Shown piece by piece: positions 8,944-18,118 of a stretch of DNA of 32,000 nucleotides (positions within the stretch are counted from its first letter, which is position 1; each line of letters begins with the position of its first letter). Position numbers and translations under genes: made by a program. The notes under the pieces were generated by a model that saw only the letters and a program-made list of their open reading frames with translations, searched no databases and was not told where the DNA came from. Source of the DNA: Vibrio vulnificus CMCP6 (GTDB lineage: Bacteria; Pseudomonadota; Gammaproteobacteria; Enterobacterales; Vibrionaceae); NCBI RefSeq assembly GCF_000039765.1, contig NC_004459.3:2781127-2813126 (forward strand), written 5' to 3'.

Positions 8944-11544
8944 TTACACTCCTTGCTCGGAGAGAAAATCTTGCGCGAATCGCTGCAACACGCCGCCAGC
9001 TTGATAGACATGCACTTCATCTTCGGTGTCAAGACGACACGTCACCGCGACATCAAGTTTTTCCCCATTGGTACGAGTGATGACCAGTGCGAGGTCGGCT
9101 CCGGGTTTGATTTCCCCCATCACGTCATAGAGCTCGGTGCCATCCAGTTGCAGGCTGTTGCGATTCACACCCGCTTTAAATTGCAGCGGCAACACGCCCA
9201 TACCGACGAGATTGGTACGGTGAATGCGCTCAAAGCCTTCCGCAACGATCGCTTCTACCCCAGCAAGTCGAACCCCTTTTGCCGCCCAATCGCGAGAGGA
9301 GCCTTGTCCGTAATCCGCCCCTGCGACAATGATCAATGGCTGCTTGCGCTGCATGTAGGTTTCAATCGCTTCCCACATGCGAGTGACTTTCCCCTCAGGC
9401 TCCACTCGAGCGAGCGATCCTTGCACCACTTGGCCCTTTTCTTTCACCATTTCATTAAACAGTTTCGGGTTAGCGAACGTTGCACGCTGCGCGGTTAAGT
9501 GATCGCCGCGATGGGTGGCGTAGGAGTTAAAGTCCTCCTCTGGCACGCCCATTTTTGCCAAGTATTCGCCCGCCGCAGAGCTGGCCAAAATCGCATTCGA
9601 TGGTGAAAGGTGATCGGTGGTGATGTTGTCCCCCAAAATGGCCAAAGGCCGCATGCCTGAAAGCGTACGCTCACCAGCGAGTGCGCCCTCCCAATAAGGT
9701 GGCCGGCGAATATAAGTGCTCATCGGACGCCAATCGTAAAGCGGCGATTCACTACGTTCACTTTCATCCAGTTTGAACATTTGAATGTAGACTTGGCGGA
9801 ACTGTTCAGGCTTCACTGAGCTGCCCACGACCGCGTCGATCTCTTCATCGCTTGGCCAAATATCGCGCAGATAAATCGCTTTGCCGCTGCTATCCATCCC
9901 CAGCACATCGCGCTCAATATCAAAACGCATCGTGCCAGCAATCGCATACGCCACCACCAAAGGCGGAGAGGCGAGAAACGCTTGTTTGGCATAAGGGTGA
10001 ATACGGCCGTCAAAGTTGCGGTTACCCGACAACACCGCGGTCGCGTAGAGATCGCGCTCGATGATCTCTTGCTGAATCTTAGGGTCGAGTGCGCCACTCA
10101 TGCCATTACAGGTGGTACAAGCATACGCGACGATGCCAAATCCGAGCTTTTCAAGCTCGGGCAATAACCCCGCTTCTTCAAGATAAAGCTTGGCCACTTT
10201 TGAGCCGGGTGCAAAGGAGGATTTCACCCAAGGTTTACGGATGAGACCCAACTGGTTGGCTTTCTTCGCCAACAAACCTGCCGCGACAACATTGCGAGGG
10301 TTACTGGTGTTGGTGCACGAGGTAATGGCGGCGATGATCACTGCGCCATCTGGCAGTTGGCCTTCTTTTTCTTGGTATTGCCCGGCAATGCCACGGCTGG
10401 CCAACTCCGAAGTGGGCAAACGGCGATGAGGGTTAGACGGCCCAGCAAGATTACGCGTGACCTGAGACAAATCAAACTCCAACACACGCTCATAGTCGAC
10501 CTGATGCAAATCGTCGGCCCACAATCCGGTGTGTTTGGCGTAGTTTTCCACCAAAGCCACTTGCTCTGGCTCGCGCCCTGTTAAGCGTAGGTAGTTGATT
10601 GTCTGCTCGTCGATGTAGAACATGCCCGCGGTCGCACCATATTCCGGCGTCATGTTAGAGATGGTCGCGCGATCGCCAATCGTTAGTGCTTTCGCCCCTT
10701 CGCCAAAAAATTCAAGATAAGCGGAAACCACCCGTTGTTGACGCAGAAATTCAGTAATGGCTAACACAATATCGGTGGCGGTAATGCCCGGTTGACGCTG
10801 ACCAACCAGCTTCACACCGACGATATCGGGCAAACGCATCATTGATGGGCGGCCGAGCATCACGGTTTCCGCTTCTAAGCCACCGACGCCAATGGCAATC
10901 ACGCCAAGGGCATCGACATGTGGCGTATGGCTGTCGGTACCAACACAGGTATCAGGAAAGGCGATGCCCTCTTTTACCTGCACCACTGGCGACATTTTTT
11001 CCAAATTGATTTGGTGCATGATGCCGTTACCCGCCGGAATCACACTGACGTTTTCAAACGCGGTTTTACACCACTCGATGAAGTGGAATCGGTCTTCGTT
11101 GCGACGCTCCTCGATGGCGCGATTTTTCTCAAATGCCTCTGGGTCAAAACCGCCATATTCCACCGCCAACGAGTGATCGACAATCAGTTGGGTTTCCACC
11201 ACAGGATTGACGTTCGCTGGATTACCACCTTGCTCGGCGATCGCGTCACGCAGACCGGCGAGGTCGACTAATGCGGTTTGGCCCAAAATATCGTGGCAAA
11301 CCACGCGTGCTGGATACCAAGGAAAATCAAGATCGCGACGTCGTTCAATCAACTGTTTCAGGCTGTCGGTGAGCGTGCTAGGTTCACAGCGGCGCACCAG
11401 TTGTTCTGCCAATACGCGCGAAGTGTATGGCAAACGCGCGTACGCGCCTGGAGATATCGCCTCGACCGCTTCACGCGCATCAAAGTAATCCAGCGAACTG
11501 CCCGGTAGAGGTTTGCGATATAAGGTATTGTTTTTATTGCTCAT
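8944..11544 (-). CDS. acnD: Fe/S-dependent 2-methylcitrate dehydratase (aconitase family) AcnD
   Basis: About 866-871 aa of the aconitase family, with cluster-ligand contexts GTDSHT, ITSCTNTSNP and YACTTCNGMSG. It is paired with prpF. The track ORF begins at 11559; I prefer ATG 11544 (MSNKNNTLYRKPLPGS), which has GGGAAG 7 nt upstream. Confidence 0.9.
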   Translation of the reverse strand: MSNKNNTLYRKPLPGSSLDYFDAREAVEAISPGAYARLPYTSRVLAEQLVRRCEPSTLTDSLKQLIERRRDLDFPWYPARVVCHDILGQTALVDLAGLRDAIAEQGGNPANVNPVVETQLIVDHSLAVEYGGFDPEAFEKNRAIEERRNEDRFHFIEWCKTAFENVSVIPAGNGIMHQINLEKMSPVVQVKEGIAFPDTCVGTDSHTPHVDALGVIAIGVGGLEAETVMLGRPSMMRLPDIVGVKLVGQRQPGITATDIVLAITEFLRQQRVVSAYLEFFGEGAKALTIGDRATISNMTPEYGATAGMFYIDEQTINYLRLTGREPEQVALVENYAKHTGLWADDLHQVDYERVLEFDLSQVTRNLAGPSNPHRRLPTSELASRGIAGQYQEKEGQLPDGAVIIAAITSCTNTSNPRNVVAAGLLAKKANQLGLIRKPWVKSSFAPGSKVAKLYLEEAGLLPELEKLGFGIVAYACTTCNGMSGALDPKIQQEIIERDLYATAVLSGNRNFDGRIHPYAKQAFLASPPLVVAYAIAGTMRFDIERDVLGMDSSGKAIYLRDIWPSDEEIDAVVGSSVKPEQFRQVYIQMFKLDESERSESPLYDWRPMSTYIRRPPYWEGALAGERTLSGMRPLAILGDNITTDHLSPSNAILASSAAGEYLAKMGVPEEDFNSYATHRGDHLTAQRATFANPKLFNEMVKEKGQVVQGSLARVEPEGKVTRMWEAIETYMQRKQPLIIVAGADYGQGSSRDWAAKGVRLAGVEAIVAEGFERIHRTNLVGMGVLPLQFKAGVNRNSLQLDGTELYDVMGEIKPGADLALVITRTNGEKLDVAVTCRLDTEDEVHVYQAGGVLQRFAQDFLSEQGV

Positions 11545-11575
11545 GGACTTGCTTCCCATGCAAAAGGGCGGAAAA

Positions 11576-11598
11576 CCTCCCCTCGCGACGAGGAGAGG
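11576..11598 (-). other. Intercistronic stem-loop between prpC and acnD
   Basis: cctcccctcg / cgaggagagg form a 10-bp stem with one mismatch and a 3-nt loop, located in the 53-68 bp gap between the prpC stop and the acnD start. Confidence 0.35.
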
Positions 11599-11612
11599 TC
11601 AATCTCTAGGCG

Positions 11613-12755
11613 CTAGCGCTGTTCAATCGGCACCCAATCTTGGTGATCTGGGCCAATGTAGTCAGCACTTGGACGAATGATTCGGTTATTAGCGCGCTGT
11701 TCAAACACATGCGCCGTCCAGCCTGTTAAGCGACTCATGACGAAAATCGGCGTAAACAGCTTGGTGGGAATGTCCATGAAGTGATAGGCCGAGGCATGGA
11801 AGAAATCGGCGTTACAAAACAGATCTTTCTCGCGTTTCATCACCGCTTCCACACGTTCTGAGACGGCGTAAAGATGGGTATCGCCCACCGCTTCTGACAA
11901 GGCTTTTGACCAACGTTTGATCAGAGCATTACGTGGGTCGCTTTCGCGATAAATCGCATGACCAAAGCCCATGATTTTCTCTTTGTTGGCCAACATGCGC
12001 AGGATGTTGCTTTCCGCCTCTTCTGGTGTTTGCCAGTTTTCGATCATCTCCATCGCGGCCTCATTAGCACCACCATGCAAAGGACCACGCAAAGTGCCAA
12101 TCGCCGCGGTTACACAAGAATGAATATCAGACAGCGTTGAGGCGCACACACGAGCGGCAAAGGTAGAGGCATTAAACTCGTGCTCTGCATACAAAATCAG
12201 CGAACAATGCATCACCTGCTTATGCAGTTCACTGGGCTCTTTGCCCGTGAGCATTTTGAGGAAGTAACCACCGATGCAATCTTGCGATTGGTCTTGCGTA
12301 TCGATGCGCACGCCATCGTGGCTAAAGCGATACCAGTAACAAATGATCGCAGGGAACAGCGCCAACATGCGCTCTGTCGCGTCAAGCTGCTGCGAAAAAT
12401 CGGTTTCTTGTTCTAAGTTCCCCAGCACAGAGCAGCCTGTGCGCATCACATCCATCGGATGCGCAGACGCCGGGATCAGCTCCAGCGCTTGCTTCAACTC
12501 CACCGGTAAGCCACGCAGGCCAATCAGGCGAGTTTTGTAAGCATCCAACTCTTGCTGCGTTGGTAAGTGACCGCGTAACAGTAAGTACGCCACTTCTTCA
12601 AATTGCGCATGGTTGGCCAAGTCAGTGATGTCATAACCACGATAGGTTAACCCTGTCCCCGTTTTACCGACAGTACATAAAGCGGTGCTTCCAGCGCTTT
12701 GACCACGCAGGCCTGCGCCACCTAACTCACCTTTCTTCGTTAAAGAACTAGGCAT
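11613..12755 (-). CDS. prpC: 2-methylcitrate synthase
   Basis: Contains the citrate synthase signature GFGHAIYRESDPR. The track ORF (401 aa, from 12818) looks over-extended. ATG 12755 (MPSSLTKKGELGGAGLRG) has a perfect AAGGAG 7 nt upstream (plus-strand ctcctt at 12763-12768) and gives 380 aa. Confidence 0.9.
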   Translation of the reverse strand: MPSSLTKKGELGGAGLRGQSAGSTALCTVGKTGTGLTYRGYDITDLANHAQFEEVAYLLLRGHLPTQQELDAYKTRLIGLRGLPVELKQALELIPASAHPMDVMRTGCSVLGNLEQETDFSQQLDATERMLALFPAIICYWYRFSHDGVRIDTQDQSQDCIGGYFLKMLTGKEPSELHKQVMHCSLILYAEHEFNASTFAARVCASTLSDIHSCVTAAIGTLRGPLHGGANEAAMEMIENWQTPEEAESNILRMLANKEKIMGFGHAIYRESDPRNALIKRWSKALSEAVGDTHLYAVSERVEAVMKREKDLFCNADFFHASAYHFMDIPTKLFTPIFVMSRLTGWTAHVFEQRANNRIIRPSADYIGPDHQDWVPIEQR

Positions 12756-12925
12756 TTTGAACTCCTTTTCTGTCTGACGTTGCTCTCTAGTGGAGCGTTT
12801 ATCATCAGACGGTTTCACGTTATTGGATTAAGTTAATTCCGACGGTATTCTTCTTGAACTTCCGTTTTTTGTTTTTCTTATCTTGGGCTTCCCCACTTTG
12901 CTCTCATCTAAAAAGCGCGTTGGGA

Positions 12926-13822
12926 TTATTTTCCTTCTGAAAACAGCTGATCGAGCTTGTCTTCGTACGCGTGATAGTTGAGATAGTCATAGAGCTCTTT
13001 ACGCGTCTGCATGGAGTCGATTAACGCCTCTTGATTGCCCACTTCCAACAAGTGGCGATAGACCATTTCCGCCGCTTTGTTCATCGCGCGGAAGGCACTC
13101 AACGGATACAGCACCATATCCACGTTGGATTTGGCCAATTCTTCACAACCATACAAGGGGGTTTGGCCAAATTCGGTAATGTTGGCCAATATCGGCACGT
13201 GCTTGCCCGTGGCTTGCGCCAAAGCAGCAGAAAATTGCTGATACTGCTCAAGTTTGTTCATTGCTTCGGGGAAAATCATGTCCGCGCCCGCTTCTACACA
13301 GGCAATCGCACGCTCAATTGCACTATCAATCCCTTCCACCGCCAGCGCATCGGTACGCGCCATAATCACAAAGTTGTCATCGACTCGTGCATCCACCGCC
13401 GCTTTAACGCGATCGACCATTTCTTGCTGAGAAACAATCGCTTTGTTTGGGCGGTGGCCACAACGTTTTTGCGCCACTTGATCTTCCATGTGAACCGCGG
13501 CTGCGCCAGCTTTTTCCATCGCTTTGATGGTGCGCGCGATGTTGAATGCGCCGCCAAAACCAGTGTCAATGTCCACCAGCAGAGGCAAATCACAGGCGTT
13601 GGTGATGCGCTCTACGTCCACCAGCACGTCGTTAAGTGTGGTGATGCCTAAGTCCGGCAAGCCGTAAGACGCATTAGCGATACCGCCGCCAGAAAGGTAA
13701 ATGGCTTGATGGCCGAGGCGTTTGGCCATCATGGCGCAATAAGGGTTGATGGTGCCGACGATTTGCAGCGGATCGTTTTGTTGTACGGCGAGTCTGAACT
13801 TCGCCCCCGGAGTTAAGCTCAT
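12926..13822 (-). CDS. prpB: 2-methylisocitrate lyase
   Basis: 298-aa ORF of the isocitrate lyase/PEP mutase family with the K-[KR]-C-G-H signature ([10 protein letters not shown]). SD AGGAAA lies upstream, and the gene is 12 bp downstream of the regulator gene. Confidence 0.92.
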   Translation of the reverse strand: MSLTPGAKFRLAVQQNDPLQIVGTINPYCAMMAKRLGHQAIYLSGGGIANASYGLPDLGITTLNDVLVDVERITNACDLPLLVDIDTGFGGAFNIARTIKAMEKAGAAAVHMEDQVAQKRCGHRPNKAIVSQQEMVDRVKAAVDARVDDNFVIMARTDALAVEGIDSAIERAIACVEAGADMIFPEAMNKLEQYQQFSAALAQATGKHVPILANITEFGQTPLYGCEELAKSNVDMVLYPLSAFRAMNKAAEMVYRHLLEVGNQEALIDSMQTRKELYDYLNYHAYEDKLDQLFSEGK

Positions 13823-13834
13823 AACACGTTTCCT

Positions 13835-14566
13835 CTAATCCTTTAGGATCTGTTGTTCGATTAATTTTCGGCTGCCGGAGATGTGTCTTCTCATCAACAT
13901 TTCCGACAACTCTTCATCTCGATTGCGAATCGCTTGCAGAATGAATTTGTGCTCTTCCAACGCTTCTTTGGGTCGTGATTGGGCACGCGGTGATTGATAG
14001 CGATACATGCGCAGTAAGTGGTACAGCTCGTCACACAGCAGCGCGATCAATTCGCGGTTGCGACTGGCTTTGATGATGCGGTAGTGAAAGTCGAAATCAC
14101 CGTGTTGATGGAAGTAAGAGGAACCTTCTACTTCATCAATGTGTTTCGAATGTGTCGACAATAGCAGTTCAAGGCTCAACAGCTCTTCTTGGCTGATGTA
14201 GCGAGCGGCAAGCCTCGCGGCCATGCCTTCTAGTGCTTCACGCACCGCATACAGCTCCACCAATTTTTCAGGTGAAAGAGTTATCACACGCGCCCCAACA
14301 TGAGGAACACGTTCGATCAAGCCAAGCCCTTCTAGTCGCATCATCGCCTCACGCAGTGGGCCTCGGCTCACGTGATAATGCTTGGCTAACTCGGGTTCCG
14401 AGATTTTGCTTCCCGGTGCGATTTGTCCATTCACAATCGCTTCAACCAAGGATTCGGTCAGCGATTCGGATTTGGTGTTTTCCTTGTCGCTGCCCGCAAG
14501 TTTGCCAATGGCTTTGGTGTCTACATTCATATTCAAATACGTTTCCTGACTGCAATCTGTCAACAA
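13835..14566 (-). CDS. GntR-family (FCD-type) transcriptional regulator, first gene of the prp operon
   Basis: Contains a winged-helix segment SEPELAKHYHVSRGPLREAMMRLEGLGLI followed by an all-helical FCD-like C-terminal half. It is apparently co-transcribed with prpB given the 12-bp gap. An alternative start is ATG 14530 (MNVDTKAIG). Confidence 0.85.
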   Translation of the reverse strand: MLTDCSQETYLNMNVDTKAIGKLAGSDKENTKSESLTESLVEAIVNGQIAPGSKISEPELAKHYHVSRGPLREAMMRLEGLGLIERVPHVGARVITLSPEKLVELYAVREALEGMAARLAARYISQEELLSLELLLSTHSKHIDEVEGSSYFHQHGDFDFHYRIIKASRNRELIALLCDELYHLLRMYRYQSPRAQSRPKEALEEHKFILQAIRNRDEELSEMLMRRHISGSRKLIEQQILKD

Positions 14567-14596
14567 TGTCTGTCTCTGAATATAAAATAGTCGATC

Positions 14597-14630
14597 AAAT
14601 TGTCGACAATCAAGTAAATTGTCGACAATT
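14597..14630. promoter_or_regulatory. Two copies of the perfect palindrome ATTGTCGACAAT; candidate GntR operators of the prp operon
   Basis: attgtcgacaat occurs at 14599-14610 and again at 14618-14629, 19 bp centre to centre. Each copy is embedded in aaattgtcgacaat. They lie 30-70 bp upstream of the regulator ORF. The GT-N2-AC core fits the general GntR operator pattern (GT..AC inverted repeat). Confidence 0.65.
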
Positions 14631-14672
14631 TAGACTAAGGTATAAGCGCTCACCATCTCTTCTAATTAGCCA

Positions 14673-17600
14673 TTACGCCGCCAGAGTGGCATTAATGTAT
14701 TTATTGATATCAACGCTATCTATCTGTTTCTCAGGCAAAAACATCTGTGCGTATTCAAGGTAAGTTCCGCTTTTCAAGAACAGTAAGAACAAATCCATGT
14801 CCAAATGCTCATCAAGGGCCATTTTGTACATAATGTCGACAGCTACACTGAGTGGTTTGGCTTTCTTATAAGGGCGATCAGCCGCCGTCAGCGCCTCAAA
14901 AATATCGGCAATCACAAGGATACGCTCCGGAATGGAGAGCTGATCGGCACTCAGTTTGCGCGGATACCCCGTGCCTTTGAGCGTTTCATGGTGAGTCGAG
15001 GCGTAGCGTGGCACTCGCGCAAGTTCCTCGGGGAATGGCAAAGATTCCAACATCTTAATGCCACTGATCATGTGCTCATTGATTTTGAAGCGATCTTCAC
15101 GTGTTAATGTCCCTGCGCGAATCGAGAGGTTGTAAATCTCCCCTAAATTGTAGAGGTGCTCTGGCACGTCGATGTTGATGCCATATTTGGCATCAAACTG
15201 CATCGGTCTGTCGCGCTCAATGATGTGATCAACCCTATCCACCAATAGTGGCTCAATGGCTGGTAGTGGCGCAGACGGTGTGGTGAGTCGGGATTCTTCC
15301 AACGGAGACAAACCTAAGCGATCGTCAAAATGGCGCAACCAAGTTTGCGCTGCGATTTGCTCAATTCGCTCAATCGCCTCTTGTTGCATGAATTCACCAC
15401 CGACATTACAACGGGCAATAAAGGCAAACTCTTCTTGTAACTTTTCTCTGCGTTGTACGAGTTGCGCTTCGGCCTGCTCTTTTGGAGCGCTTCCCGCAAT
15501 CAGGCGATTGAGATATTCAATCTCTGCATCACGCCACAACACTTCAAAGCGAGTGCGAATTTCATGAATACGGTTGTAGTTGGCTTCGAGCTTAGAACCT
15601 TTGTCGACAACATGCTCTGGGGTCGTTATTTTGCCGCAATCGTGCAACCAAGCCGCAATTCTAAACTCTCTACGCTCGGCATTGTTTTTGAATTTAAATG
15701 CTTTGAACTTACCTTCTTGACACTCTTCCGCCACTTTCGCCAACATCAGCCCCAACTCGGGAACACGGTTACAGTGACCTGCGGTATAGGGTGACTTATC
15801 ATCGATGGCTCCAGCGATGAGTTGGATAAAAGCTTCAACAAATTCTTCCTGCGCTTTTTGATGCTTTTTGATTTCCGCCACCATGTCCATCATCGCTTGA
15901 GATAACTGCGAGACCTCTTTAATGCGCGTTTCAACTGGCACTACCTCATCAAAACGTCGTTGTTTGATCTTGCGTGTTTGCGCAATCAAAGCAGAAATCG
16001 GGCGAACAATTGGCGAGCCAAAAATCCACGATGTTGGCAATAGAATCACCATCGCAGCGATCGTGATCGCCAGTGAGCGCCATAACTGCTGCATCACTTG
16101 GCCCATCACCACATCCTCTGGGACCACAACAGCAAGAAATTCTTGGTTGCTGTTGACGGGCACCAAATAGACATAGCGTGCCGTACCGCCAATTTCGACA
16201 ACGTTCATCTCGCCGTGTAAATCTGGCTGAGCCGCCAGTTCAAGTAGCTCACTGTAAGGGACAAAGCTGTTGTCGCGATAATGGTTGAGCCATTTCTGCG
16301 CGAGCCACGCTTTTTGCGCCTCACTGAGCTCGTTTAATGCCTTATTAATCACCTCTAGCAGCGCAGGTTGCGTCTGGTTGAGATAAAGAAACACCGGGAC
16401 TTTCTCTGCCATCGGCATTTTTTCTAACTGGATGGTTCGACCTAAGCTACTTTCTTTACGCTGTTTCAAAGAGTGATAGCTGTGCACCACACTCCCCACC
16501 TCGCCTTGCAGCAACCCGTTTAACGCCAAGGTCAAATCGGCATAGGTACGAATCTCTGTTGACGACTTTTGCAGCGCAAAGTTCTGCCCTTGTACCATGC
16601 CGACGCGCGCCTTGGCATCCGAGATTAAATGTCCGCTTTGATTGGTTTCACGATTGAGCGTCGCCACCGCTGGCTCAAAGTAAAACAACGGTTGGCTGGC
16701 TAAGCCATTTAACGATTCGGACGCAAACACCGCGTTTAAAATGTCCACCTCACCATCGTGATAACGCTGCTTAAGCTCTGCCGAACTGAAACCGTTAGTG
16801 AACTCAAATTGCAACCCCGTCATCGTGGCAATCATTTTCAAAAGATCGACCGCGTAACCTCTTGGCTCACCCGATTGGCTAAAATCAAACGGCATCCAGT
16901 TGAGTTGGTTCGAGACTTTAAGCACCCCAGCCGCGACAATGGCCTCTTTTTGCTCGGCGGTCAGTGCAATCGGCGATATGGCTGGCATTCGTTGTTCATC
17001 ACGTTGCTCTTGACGGCTTTCTGCAATGATTTCGCCTTTGCGATTGAATAAAAACGCCGAAATACCTTGCCCTTCGCTAAGCCCCATCGCTTCTGGCGTC
17101 ATGTGAGAAGCAACAGCGGAAAGCACGATATCAATACCAATCACCGAATGGCTACTGCGGATGGAATAGGTCTGCCCTGTGATCTTCAAATGCTGGAACA
17201 GATAAGGTTCTGTCTTGGTAATGCGATCCGCCTGCGCCGCATCATACCAAGGGCGCTCCGTTGGCAAGTATCGGCTCGGCTCACGAATGGTGCGAGTCAC
17301 GGCACGATTCACGTCATAGTATCGGGTGACACGCGTGCGCTTAATGCCCTCGCCTCGGATATCCATCACCACCCAACGTTCATTCTCCGTTGCCGACATT
17401 TTTTCTCGCACAATGGGGGACGAATTCAGATTGATGATTTGATAGAAATCCTCGTTTTCTTTGCCATAGTAGATGCTGTAGAACATCGGATTGTCCTCGA
17501 GCACCTCGGTGATCAAAGTTTGGATTTCTTGCTGAGTGAATTTGTTTTCCGTGGCCATCGCAACGCTTTTTAAGATCCGCGCGCTATTACTGGCACTCAG

Positions 17601-17801
17601 TTCAATTTCTTTGACATAGTCACTGACATCAGCAGAAGCCAGCGTCAATTTCGACATCACTTGCTCTTGGGACATGGCTTTACCGAAGTGGTACTGCAAA
17701 GAAATGGCGACAAGTGCCGTCATCATGGTCGCAATCAAAAACATGCTACCAACGGTAAAACGTATGGAAAACTTTCTAGCCTGACGCAATGAACTCTTCA
17801 T
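14673..17801 (-). CDS. Membrane-bound HD-GYP c-di-GMP phosphodiesterase with tandem periplasmic Cache-like and SBP (PBPb) sensor domains and a HAMP domain
   Basis: 1042-aa ORF. TM1 is FLIATMMTALVAISL. A Cache-like region contains RPWYDAA...SVIGIDIVLS. An SBP_bac_3-like region contains NWMPFDFSQSGEPRGYAVDLLKMIATMTGLQFEF...GEVDILNAV. TM2 is LAITIAAMVILLPTSWIF, followed by a HAMP domain. HD (AAWLHDCGK) and HHE...GTGYP (THHETLKGTGYPRKL) motifs are intact. SD GGAGGG lies 8 nt upstream. Confidence 0.88.
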   Translation of the reverse strand: MKSSLRQARKFSIRFTVGSMFLIATMMTALVAISLQYHFGKAMSQEQVMSKLTLASADVSDYVKEIELSASNSARILKSVAMATENKFTQQEIQTLITEVLEDNPMFYSIYYGKENEDFYQIINLNSSPIVREKMSATENERWVVMDIRGEGIKRTRVTRYYDVNRAVTRTIREPSRYLPTERPWYDAAQADRITKTEPYLFQHLKITGQTYSIRSSHSVIGIDIVLSAVASHMTPEAMGLSEGQGISAFLFNRKGEIIAESRQEQRDEQRMPAISPIALTAEQKEAIVAAGVLKVSNQLNWMPFDFSQSGEPRGYAVDLLKMIATMTGLQFEFTNGFSSAELKQRYHDGEVDILNAVFASESLNGLASQPLFYFEPAVATLNRETNQSGHLISDAKARVGMVQGQNFALQKSSTEIRTYADLTLALNGLLQGEVGSVVHSYHSLKQRKESSLGRTIQLEKMPMAEKVPVFLYLNQTQPALLEVINKALNELSEAQKAWLAQKWLNHYRDNSFVPYSELLELAAQPDLHGEMNVVEIGGTARYVYLVPVNSNQEFLAVVVPEDVVMGQVMQQLWRSLAITIAAMVILLPTSWIFGSPIVRPISALIAQTRKIKQRRFDEVVPVETRIKEVSQLSQAMMDMVAEIKKHQKAQEEFVEAFIQLIAGAIDDKSPYTAGHCNRVPELGLMLAKVAEECQEGKFKAFKFKNNAERREFRIAAWLHDCGKITTPEHVVDKGSKLEANYNRIHEIRTRFEVLWRDAEIEYLNRLIAGSAPKEQAEAQLVQRREKLQEEFAFIARCNVGGEFMQQEAIERIEQIAAQTWLRHFDDRLGLSPLEESRLTTPSAPLPAIEPLLVDRVDHIIERDRPMQFDAKYGINIDVPEHLYNLGEIYNLSIRAGTLTREDRFKINEHMISGIKMLESLPFPEELARVPRYASTHHETLKGTGYPRKLSADQLSIPERILVIADIFEALTAADRPYKKAKPLSVAVDIMYKMALDEHLDMDLFLLFLKSGTYLEYAQMFLPEKQIDSVDINKYINATLAA

Positions 17802-17855
17802 AATTGCTGCCCTCCATTGGCAAATATGCGAGTTTTAAGCCTATTTATCGTTACT

Positions 17856-17875
17856 CAACCTTATGCATTAGGTTG
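17856..17875. promoter_or_regulatory. 20-bp near-perfect palindrome in the divergent HD-GYP / tctC promoter region
   Basis: CAACCTtATGCATtAGGTTG is self-complementary at 18 of 20 positions. It lies 55-75 bp upstream of the HD-GYP start codon. Confidence 0.4.
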
Positions 17876-18118
17876 CATTTTAGTATTTACTCCACCTCAT
17901 ATAACCACAAGTGCATATTGGTTTTTTGCCAAAGTTTCCGTGAACTTTATGAACAAAATCGACTTTATGACCGTTATTTTTTTTAACTGCCTATTAGAGA
18001 CAATTCGTTAACACCTTTTTAACCTTTCATCATTCCTAACCCGCCACAGCGAGTGAGGAACCACTGATAACAATAAGTTCGCTTCATCACCGAAGCGCCG
18101 ACATAAGGAACGTGAAAC

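Noticed and set aside
8151-13651. Long antisense ORFs inside prp genes (for example 8174..8812 +, 8953..9498 +, 10918..11271 +, 13031..13651 +)
   Set aside because: They lie entirely within well-supported minus-strand genes. Their composition (rich in R, H, C, F) is typical of reverse-frame translation, with no RBS or independent motif.
14233-17573. Plus-strand ORFs 14233..14763 and 17067..17573, and other small ORFs inside the GntR and HD-GYP genes
   Set aside because: They are antisense shadows of strongly motif-supported genes, and 14233..14763 would also have to read through the operator region.
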